Assembly (NCBI GenBank): GCA_964432055.1
Contig: CAYSMD010000003.1
Span: forward strand, 1-41,442
Length of the DNA stretch: 41,442 nt
Source: an uncultured Candidatus Saccharibacteria bacterium
GTDB taxonomy: Bacteria; Patescibacteriota; Saccharimonadia; CAILAD01; GCA-016700035
Direction: 5' to 3'
The notes beneath the pieces are model-generated. The model did not search any database. It was not told where the DNA came from and worked only from the letters and a program-made list of their open reading frames with translations. Positions 8,101 to 14,709 of this stretch are shown one piece after another (within the stretch, counting starts at the first letter, position 1; the number at the start of each line of letters is the position of its first letter). The position numbers and the translations under genes are program-made.

Positions 8101-11100
8101 GTAAGCTCTACGCCGGTTTGGGTAACTCGACCAATATCGACGCTGCCATCTACAGTTGGGGAAATAACGCCTATGTAGAATCTTCGACAACCACCCAAGA
8201 TACAAATTGGCACCACATTGCAGCTACCTATGATGGCGCTACAGTGAAGCTCTATCGGGATGGATCGGAAATAGCTTCAAGTAGCATTGGAGTGAGTATT
8301 CCTGATTCGACGCGATCACTGCTGGTAGGGAATGACTATGGATCTTCGAATGTTGGCTTTACGGGTGGCAATCTGGGGGCGACAATAGATGAAACAAGAA
8401 TAAGTAACTCAGTTCGATCGAGTTTTCAGACCAAACCTTACACTACGAGTGCGGTCACAGTTGAACTTACCGATGCGATTCGTACAGCGGGCGTGTGGAC
8501 CTGGGATACGTTTATTGCAACCGAAGCTCCGGCTGGTGGAACGATTGCGTATCGGCTGAGTGATGACGGCGGTACGAGCTGGAAGTACTGGGATGGCTCT
8601 GCTTGGGCGAGCTCTGGGTCGCTGACTGAAGTGAATAGCTACAGTGTGATCGATACCAATATTGATTCATTCCCCGTGACCTTTTCAGGTATTAAATGGC
8701 AGGCGGTTCTGCAGGGGAACGGTGATCAGCAGGTTGCCATTGATGATGTAGCCCTGTCGTCCAACTCAGATAGCACCGATCCTTCTGCGAATGCTTCGGC
8801 AATTGCCATGCAACGCTCAAACGGTGGGGCGAGTGTTGCGAGCAACGGCTGGACGAACGGCGCAACCCCATTCTTTAGTTGGAATGCGGCTGTCGATGCG
8901 GAGTCCGGCGTGAAGGGATACTGTTTGAGCCTGAGTCAGACGGGCTCCGACAATCCAATTACTACAAAAGGTATTCTCGGCACAAGTCCTGTCACAACAG
9001 GTGGGAATTGTCAGTTTGTTGTATCCACTACATCAATTGACTTGGCAACATCCGGCTACTTAGGTACGCCGCTCGCGAGCTCCGGCTCAGCGTATTACTT
9101 AAATATTCGCGCCATTGATAACGCCGGTAATATCTCTGATACGAACGAACAATTCCAATTCCGATTTGATAATACGAATCCGACTAATCCTGGCTTTATC
9201 ACTGCTCCCTCAGGTTTCATCAATACGAAATCGGCGACGCTCACCTGGCCAACAGCTGGTGGTACCGCCGCTCAAGACGCGCATTCGCAGGTGGCTGGGC
9301 TGCAATATCGTGTGAACGGTGGTAATTGGTATGGTGACGTGCATAGTGGATTGCAGGATGCAAGTGACTTACTCGCCAATGATGGATCCTATGCTACTAC
9401 CGATCCTCCAGATTATTCGGATATTACCGAGGGGGTAAACACCTTTGAATTCCGCACTTGGGATGCAGCAGGGAATTACAGCACGAGCTATGTGACTGCT
9501 CAGCTGAAGGTTAATACCAACGGCGCGCCTTCTGAGCCACAAAATGTAACAGCTGTTCCGGGCAGTAATACTGCGAATGCGTTTGCATTTACCTGGAATG
9601 CTCCGGCTAGCTACGTTGGAGACGCTAGCAATATTACGTACTGCTACACAATTAACGTTGCTCCGACGGTATCAAACTGTAGTTTTACCCCTGCCGGAGT
9701 GACTTCACTTGGGTCAGGACCTTACGCTACTCAGCCTGGTGCAAATACCATCTATCTAGTTGCTCGTGATGAATCAAGCAATATAAACTATTCAACCTAC
9801 GCAACCGCAGTATTTACCGCCAATACAACTGCCCCAGGCATCCCATTGAACATGGACATAGTCGACGTTTCGATTAAGTCGACCAGTAACTGGCGGTTAG
9901 CTTTAACTTGGGATCCGCCGGCTGCCGTAGGGTCTGGAGTTGCATCGTATAAGGTGTATCGTTCAACAGATAACTCTAACTTTAGTTTCGTAGGTGCCAG
10001 CACGAGTACAACCTATATCGATGCCGGCTTAAGTCAGCAGGATTACTACTATCGCGTGAGGGCGTGTGATTCGACGAATAACTGTGGTGTGGATAGCTCT
10101 GTTGCAACTCTGCAGCCTACAGGTAAGTTTACGAGTCCTGCGACTATCACTGCTGAGCCAGTTGTTGATGATATTACAACAAGAAAAGCGATGATTAGCT
10201 GGGCTACCGATCGTCCGAGCGACTCAAAGATTGCTATTGGTACCAAGTCAGGTGAGTATGGCTCTTCAGAGATCGCTAACTCTTCACAGGTAACGAATCA
10301 TAAAATAGAGCTCACAAATATGCAGGCAGGAACAACCTATTATTATGTGGCTAAGTGGACCGATGAGGATGGTAACACTGGAACTTCGAGCGAGCAGTCA
10401 TTTACAACGCTTCCGGCTCCAACCGTGAAAGAAGTGAGTGCCGTACGCGTAGGCCTTGCTTCGGCTACTATTCAGTTCACTACAAAGCAAGCGGTTCAAG
10501 CAAAAGTGTACTTTGGTCAGAGTGAAGGTTTCGGTGGGCTAAAAGTTGTAAATACTTCTGCTACTGAGTCTAGTTATTCGGCAGATCTGCCTGATTTGAG
10601 CGATGGAGCGAAGTATTTTTATAAAGTAAATAGCCTCGACGCTGAAGGAAATGAGTATGAAGGAAGTGTCTTGAGCTTCACGACTCCACAGCGGCCCCGC
10701 ATAGCTAATGTTGCCTTGCAGCCTGTTGAGGGTGAGCCGACCAGTACTCAGCAGGTCAGCTGGACGACTAACGTGCCTACTACTTCGCAGGTCGTATACG
10801 GTAAGGTTGGTCAGGGTGTAGCTGAAATCAGTGATTCGCAGTTCGTTACGGAGCATGTAGTTGTTCTCAGGAACCTGGAGGATGATAGTGAGTATTCGTT
10901 GGTCGCACAGTCACGTGATGGTGATGGCAATCTTGCCACCAGTGAGCGGCAAGTGTTTAAGACGGCTTTGGATACTCGACCGCCAAAAATTAGTGATATT
11001 CAGATTGAGACGACGATACGAGGTGTAGGTAGTGAGGCCCGTGGTCAGCTAGTCGTCACCTGGAAAACGGATGAACCTGCAACAAGTCAGGTGGCTTTTG

Positions 11101-11354
11101 GTGAAGGTGCTTCCTCGACCTCATTCTCTAGCCTCACAAGCGAAGATGCCGCACTGGTTACTGAACACATCGTAATCATTTCGGATCTTTCGACGGCAAA
11201 GGTATTTAATGTCCAGGCCGTTTCGAAGGATAGATCTGGTAACCAGGTAAAATCTGAGGGTCAATCCACGATTGTGGGTCGCGCTTCAGACTCAGTTCTT
11301 TCAATTATCTTCAATACGCTCCAGCAGATGTTTGGCTTTTTGGGGGAGAATTAA
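5187..11354 (+). CDS. Giant (2055 aa) predicted cell-surface protein: N-terminal membrane anchor or signal, LamG-type lectin fold, 13 Kelch-like propeller repeats, then a jelly-roll and FN3/PAP-N-type domain array
   Basis: A single uninterrupted ORF. The hydrophobic anchor is IHVGVLAVYLIAIAISLSIFQSAKA. LamG_3-like motifs are LNGSTQYLTANDSSALSLTGQHTIESWVKF and WHHIAATYDGATVKLYRDG...IDETRISN. The C-terminal half has repeated FN3-like units (e.g. PSEPQNVTAVPGS..., YKVYRSTDNSNF, ISWATDRPSDSKIAIG...TTYYYV). The start is uncertain: ATG 5187 or ATG 5304 (MHVAERV...), and neither has a clear SD. Confidence 0.85.
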   Translation: MFHKVTKPTKKIITDTRSLTKKGVAGLGVIRSRTTTAAHMHVAERVGWYHRWHNYRHHKKIHVGVLAVYLIAIAISLSIFQSAKAGDLNDNWDFSTGTGYTLSDSSLVEVSNGTVRLKALNYTSDANTMGLWHFDENTGSTVADDSSSDTLTAVGSPSWAVGNLVNALTLNGSTQYLTANDSSALSLTGQHTIESWVKFSSPFASGGNQNQAIVDKGSYRLYYNNDTGKITYELANNSASTWTQRAGNDVNRSWDLNGKQDVRASVTIGTDVYTGLGSNGGTGDAEVWKYDGSTWSQVGGDARNSSWPDGTYEAVRSLAVDGTTLFAGIGESNGDAEVWSCDTSTGCAAWTKRGGDTLNSSWANSTYETVSSMAVLGGNLYAGLGNNAGGDAEIWRCSAANCTSWTKVGGDALNLGGGASPDATYEEVYSMTTNGTLLFIGLGATAGDADVWSYNPTGNVWTKIGGDALNPGGGASWAASTFEYVLSMSVMGTDLYIGLGTTVLDAEVWRYNISSPGWTKVGGDGVNPGGGASWNTNYEAVYSLTNDGTNLYAGLGNSTGDSEVWRLNGTTWTKVGGDSVNPGGGASWATGSIAYTMTTVGSTVYVGQTNNSSGNGEVWRLNGTAWTRIGGAYVNKSWGYFGTENVTSMTQYNGKLYASLGNNSPGDAVIWEYDGSTWQVVGGQGISGSWTVNTIETVNTMIAYKGNLYVGLGFSAGDGDLWRYNGSTWTQVGGDAINLGGGASWVGAAYENVHSLAVFNDKLYAGLGASAQDAEVWQYDGATTWTKIGGDGVGSSWAAAGNIESVLSMVGYQGQLYAGLGSSAGDGDVWRYNPGSNTWLQIGGDGLNSGWAGGAIENVWALAVYDNQLVAGMGDTTGDADVWSYNGTIWAQLGGDGVNSGWGGASGFDRERIRSLVVYNGELYAAMGTDTGDGEVWKHDGTSWTRVGGSGLNDSWAINTVEEALTLATYKGKLYAGLGNSTNIDAAIYSWGNNAYVESSTTTQDTNWHHIAATYDGATVKLYRDGSEIASSSIGVSIPDSTRSLLVGNDYGSSNVGFTGGNLGATIDETRISNSVRSSFQTKPYTTSAVTVELTDAIRTAGVWTWDTFIATEAPAGGTIAYRLSDDGGTSWKYWDGSAWASSGSLTEVNSYSVIDTNIDSFPVTFSGIKWQAVLQGNGDQQVAIDDVALSSNSDSTDPSANASAIAMQRSNGGASVASNGWTNGATPFFSWNAAVDAESGVKGYCLSLSQTGSDNPITTKGILGTSPVTTGGNCQFVVSTTSIDLATSGYLGTPLASSGSAYYLNIRAIDNAGNISDTNEQFQFRFDNTNPTNPGFITAPSGFINTKSATLTWPTAGGTAAQDAHSQVAGLQYRVNGGNWYGDVHSGLQDASDLLANDGSYATTDPPDYSDITEGVNTFEFRTWDAAGNYSTSYVTAQLKVNTNGAPSEPQNVTAVPGSNTANAFAFTWNAPASYVGDASNITYCYTINVAPTVSNCSFTPAGVTSLGSGPYATQPGANTIYLVARDESSNINYSTYATAVFTANTTAPGIPLNMDIVDVSIKSTSNWRLALTWDPPAAVGSGVASYKVYRSTDNSNFSFVGASTSTTYIDAGLSQQDYYYRVRACDSTNNCGVDSSVATLQPTGKFTSPATITAEPVVDDITTRKAMISWATDRPSDSKIAIGTKSGEYGSSEIANSSQVTNHKIELTNMQAGTTYYYVAKWTDEDGNTGTSSEQSFTTLPAPTVKEVSAVRVGLASATIQFTTKQAVQAKVYFGQSEGFGGLKVVNTSATESSYSADLPDLSDGAKYFYKVNSLDAEGNEYEGSVLSFTTPQRPRIANVALQPVEGEPTSTQQVSWTTNVPTTSQVVYGKVGQGVAEISDSQFVTEHVVVLRNLEDDSEYSLVAQSRDGDGNLATSERQVFKTALDTRPPKISDIQIETTIRGVGSEARGQLVVTWKTDEPATSQVAFGEGASSTSFSSLTSEDAALVTEHIVIISDLSTAKVFNVQAVSKDRSGNQVKSEGQSTIVGRASDSVLSIIFNTLQQMFGFLGEN
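5919..8163 (+). repeat. Protein-level tandem array: 13 copies of a 51-58-aa Kelch-like unit inside the giant CDS
   Basis: The recurring unit is approximately LYaGLG-x3-GDaEVW-x-Y-x-G-x-W-t-k-v-GGD-x-v-N...sW...YE-x-V-x-S. The Val codons of the VW dipeptide fall at 6045, 6198 and 6366. The DNA copies are diverged. Confidence 0.8.
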
Positions 11355-11367
11355 GGTGAGTGAAGCC

Positions 11368-12291
11368 ATGCAATCTCAGTCCCTGATTAAGGTGGAAACG
11401 GTTGAGAAGAAATTTTATCTCGACTCGGAGACAGTTCATGCCTTGAAGAATGTGAGCTTTAGTATTCCTCAGAGATCCTTCTCCATAATTTATGGACCAT
11501 CAGGAAGTGGTAAATCAACAATGCTCAACACGCTAGTTGGTCTGGAGCCTCCTACGAGCGGTAAGGTAATTATTGATGGTCAAGATTTATATGCATTGTC
11601 TCCAGATAAGCGTGCAAACTTTCGTGCTAGAACGCTAGGAATGGTCTACCAGACTAACTATTGGGTAAACAGTTTGTCTGTTCTCGATAATGTATGTATG
11701 CCGCTCTATCTATCTGGCTACTCTAGGCGTCAAGCGGGATTAATTGCTATGGAAAGTTTGGAGACAGTCGGCATGCAGGATTATGCCAAGAAGCGTCCGA
11801 CAGTACTCTCGGGTGGACAGCAACAAAGAGTGTCGATGGCTCGGGCAATTATTGCCAATCCAGACCTGATTGTTGCAGACGAGCCAACCGGTAATCTCGA
11901 TACAAAAAATGGTGACATGATTATGAACCTGCTTTCAGATTTGAATCACAAGATGCGAAAAACAATAATTTTGGTTACCCATAACTTAGAATATCTGTCG
12001 CTCAGTTCTCATCGAGTGCAAATCAGAGACGGAGTGGCCACCGAAGATGATGGTAACTTCGGTCTCAGTGCTGAGGAGAAACAGGAGCGAATTAAGCGGC
12101 TCCATGCCGGGCTATCTAAGCAAGCGGGTGCAGCACACGGTGAGGGGCCCACTATCGCTGAACTCTCGAATCAGCTGGCACAGGCTGCCAGTAACGGCGA
12201 TAGCGATACACATAAACCCTCAGAGCACCTAGCGCCTTTGCAGAATAAGTCCCTAGACGCTCTTACAAAGAAAAAGAAAGGTCGCTCATGA
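11368..12291 (+). CDS. ABC transporter ATP-binding protein (MacB/LolD/FtsE-like) with a low-complexity C-terminal extension of about 100 aa
   Basis: Walker [11 protein letters not shown]-loop region MVYQ, signature LSGGQQQRV, Walker [14 protein letters not shown]-loop VTHN. The start is taken as ATG 11368 (or GTG 11356), because the track ORF start at 11272 overlaps the giant gene. Confidence 0.9.
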   Translation: MQSQSLIKVETVEKKFYLDSETVHALKNVSFSIPQRSFSIIYGPSGSGKSTMLNTLVGLEPPTSGKVIIDGQDLYALSPDKRANFRARTLGMVYQTNYWVNSLSVLDNVCMPLYLSGYSRRQAGLIAMESLETVGMQDYAKKRPTVLSGGQQQRVSMARAIIANPDLIVADEPTGNLDTKNGDMIMNLLSDLNHKMRKTIILVTHNLEYLSLSSHRVQIRDGVATEDDGNFGLSAEEKQERIKRLHAGLSKQAGAAHGEGPTIAELSNQLAQAASNGDSDTHKPSEHLAPLQNKSLDALTKKKKGRS

Positions 12292-13547
12292 AGCCCAAAT
12301 CTACAGCCGGCGGAGTCGATAAGAGAAAATACGCAGCAAAATATATTCGTATGCGTATTCTTGTATCGATGGCTTACAAGAATTTAGCTTTTAAGCGTCT
12401 TCGCACTTTTCTCACAGTTCTAGGCGTAGTCATCGGTATTGGCGCGATTGTATTCTTGGTCTCATTAGGGCTAGGGCTTCAAAAAGTTGTTACCGAGCAA
12501 ATCGTGGGTTCAAAATCAGTTAAGGCGATCGATGTTTCTTCTCCGAAACCTCGAGTCATTCGATTGAATAATGATGCGATTAAGAAGTTTGCAGGCTATC
12601 AGAATGTGGATGCGGTTGCCCAGACATTTTCATTTGCAGGTAAAGTGATCTTTCAGAGCGCGAATACAGACAGTGTCATTAATGGCTCGGATCAAAATTA
12701 CTTAGATCTCAGTTCTTTTAAGCTTGAGGAGGGTAAGAATATTGCCCTGAGCTCTGACGATGAGGTTCTTGTGAATATGTCTCTCCTCAAGACGATTGGC
12801 ATATCTGATAAGACAAAGATCATGGGCCAAAAGGTTAAAGTCGTCATTCCTAAGGAAAAGAGAAAAGAAGCCGGAGCAAGCGAAAGCACAGAAGATTATA
12901 CGAAAGAGCTAAAGGTTGTGGGGGTACTTGAATCAGGATCGGGTGCTGAAGTTTTTACAACAGACACCTTGCTTCTGAATGCAGGATTTCAGGACTACAA
13001 TCAAGCAAAAGTGGTCGTGAAGACAAAAGAAGATGTTCCTGCAGTGCGCAAACAAATCGAGAGTCAGGGCTTCATTACGGCCTCACCCGTTGATACGCTT
13101 GATCAGATTAATCAAGTATTTACTATTCTGAATATTCTTCTTGCTGGTTTTGGTGGTATTGGTATGGTTATCGCGGTGCTGGGCATGTTTAATACGCTTA
13201 CTATTTCATTACTGGAAAGAACGAAAGAGATAGGCTTACTGATCTCGCTTGGAGCGCGTCGCAAAGATGTGCGTCGCTTATTCATTATCGAAGCGCTAGC
13301 TTTGTCGTTTATGGGTGCATTGTTTGGGCTGGTGATTGCTTGGTTGCTAGGTAAATCAATCAATTTGTTATTATTTAATCTGGCTCAGTCTAGAGGTGTT
13401 CAAGAAACCTTCTCTGTTTTCTTTATTCCGCTTTGGCTCATTGTGGGTATCATTATGTTCACCGCGTTGACGGGTATGATAGTCGTAGCTTACCCAGCGC
13501 GTCGTGCTTCGCGCATTAACCCAATAGATGCGTTGCGCCATGAGTAG
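12288..13547 (+). CDS. ABC transporter permease, FtsX/MacB family (1 TM, an extracytoplasmic domain of about 230 aa, then 3 TM)
   Basis: Topology: the LTVLGVVIGIGAIVFLVSLGLG helix, a long hydrophilic domain, then three C-terminal helices. The FtsX-type motif RTKEIGLLISLGARRKDV and the C-terminal YPARRASRINPIDALR are present. An ATGA overlap couples it to the ATPase gene. Confidence 0.85.
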   Translation: MKPKSTAGGVDKRKYAAKYIRMRILVSMAYKNLAFKRLRTFLTVLGVVIGIGAIVFLVSLGLGLQKVVTEQIVGSKSVKAIDVSSPKPRVIRLNNDAIKKFAGYQNVDAVAQTFSFAGKVIFQSANTDSVINGSDQNYLDLSSFKLEEGKNIALSSDDEVLVNMSLLKTIGISDKTKIMGQKVKVVIPKEKRKEAGASESTEDYTKELKVVGVLESGSGAEVFTTDTLLLNAGFQDYNQAKVVVKTKEDVPAVRKQIESQGFITASPVDTLDQINQVFTILNILLAGFGGIGMVIAVLGMFNTLTISLLERTKEIGLLISLGARRKDVRRLFIIEALALSFMGALFGLVIAWLLGKSINLLLFNLAQSRGVQETFSVFFIPLWLIVGIIMFTALTGMIVVAYPARRASRINPIDALRHE

Positions 13548-14709
13548 TAAAAGACATTTGTTTTCGCGTCTTCATGTGAAGGTTCTGCTTATTCTAGTTG
13601 TTATGGGAATCATTGCTATCTCAGTTGCGTTAGTGCGGCGCGCGAGTGTGAATGAAGAAATTAATTCAGTGACCAATGAATACCTGCAGTCTCGCCAGAA
13701 AAGCTTTGAGGTATCTCGTGGGACTACGAACGATCTTATTCGCGCATTAAGCTATGACTACTCTATATGGGATGAGATGGTCGATGCGGTCGAAAGTGAG
13801 GATGAGACTTGGTTTGATGAGCAGATACCGAATGCACTCAATACGTACAAAGTAGATGCTGCGTGGGTGCTGGACACAAAGTATAGGCAAGTATATAGCG
13901 CAAATACAGCGGGTAATACAGAAGTGAGTTTTCCAATCAGGAACTTTGACACGAATGCCAACCGTCTCTTTAAGGATGGGTATTTTGTTGAGTTTAATAC
14001 ATTAATCAATGGCGAAATTTATCAAATATTTGGAGCACCGATTCAGCCGGGTTCAGATATAGCTCGGGCAACTGCTCCTAGAGGTTATTTCTTTGTAGCT
14101 CGCAAATTAAGTAGGGAAGATATAGTAAACCGACTGTCGCTAGTAAATGACTCAGATGTAAAAATTACTTCAAATATCATAGACAGAGAGCCAGTTATTG
14201 TTCCGAGTGAAGGGTTATTGCAATTTGAAAGCCCTATCTTAAATGAGCAGGGTACGAAGATCGGGGCATATCAAGTCGAAAACTATTCCGAGTACATGAA
14301 GAGCACCTCTCAGGTTCTGTTATTGCAGTACCGCTTCTTTCTAGCGGCAATGATAATACTGCCTCTCTTTATGACTTTGGTGTTCTATTTTATTATTTCA
14401 ATACCCTTGAGAGGGCTTTCGGAGAGCATTGCTAACCGAGATAGTAAAAAGCTAAAGACTCTCGTCAGGCGAAAAGATGAGCTTGGGGAGGCAGCCCAGC
14501 TTGTTACTCGTGTTCAAGAGCAAGAAATTGCTTTGAAGCTGTCGGCTGAGGAGACAATGAAAGCTCGAGATGAGCTCGAGAAGCGTGCCAAAGAAGCTGA
14601 ACGCATGAATGATCTCATGGTCGGTCGCGAGCTCAGGATGGTTGAACTCAAGAAGCAGCTCCAAGAGCTGAAGGTTCAGTCATCACGCAAGAAAGGTGGC
14701 TCCGCATGA
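13528..14709 (+). CDS. Two-TM sensor-like protein: CHASE4-like extracytoplasmic domain, then a HAMP-like linker and coiled coil, with no output domain
   Basis: TM1 is VLLILVVMGIIAISVAL and TM2 is FLAAMIILPLFMTLVFYFIISIPL. The domain between them contains YDYSIWDEMVDAV...WFDEQIP...VDAAWVLD, which from memory resembles CHASE4 (Y-x-x-WDD-x-Y). The C-terminus (EEIALKLSAEETMKARDELEKRAKEAERMNDLMVGRELRMVELKKQLQELK) looks coiled-coil by residue pattern. It overlaps the permease gene by 20 nt. ATG 13540 is an alternative start. Confidence 0.5.
   Translation: MRCAMSSKRHLFSRLHVKVLLILVVMGIIAISVALVRRASVNEEINSVTNEYLQSRQKSFEVSRGTTNDLIRALSYDYSIWDEMVDAVESEDETWFDEQIPNALNTYKVDAAWVLDTKYRQVYSANTAGNTEVSFPIRNFDTNANRLFKDGYFVEFNTLINGEIYQIFGAPIQPGSDIARATAPRGYFFVARKLSREDIVNRLSLVNDSDVKITSNIIDREPVIVPSEGLLQFESPILNEQGTKIGAYQVENYSEYMKSTSQVLLLQYRFFLAAMIILPLFMTLVFYFIISIPLRGLSESIANRDSKKLKTLVRRKDELGEAAQLVTRVQEQEIALKLSAEETMKARDELEKRAKEAERMNDLMVGRELRMVELKKQLQELKVQSSRKKGGSA

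Noticed and set aside
5919-8163. Whether the repeat array is a DNA-level tandem repeat, a phase-variable tract, or a diversity-generating retroelement target
   Set aside because: The nucleotide copies are diverged and I noticed no long identical stretches. The window contains no reverse transcriptase gene, template repeat, or homopolymer or short-unit tract.
11272-11367. Upstream start of the ABC ATPase ORF, overlapping the giant gene by 83 nt
   Set aside because: The extension (MWVALQTQFFQLSS...) is an out-of-frame read of the giant gene's 3' end. Homology to ABC ATPases begins right after ATG 11368.
13900-14450. A local drop in GC (roughly 28-38% in the lines I hand-sampled, against about 45-57% elsewhere) within the CHASE4-like gene, as a possible sign of horizontal acquisition
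   Set aside because: It rests on a few 60-nt lines counted by eye. Neighbouring genes of the same block look average, and no mobility genes or repeats flank it. A proper sliding-window GC and codon-usage computation is needed.
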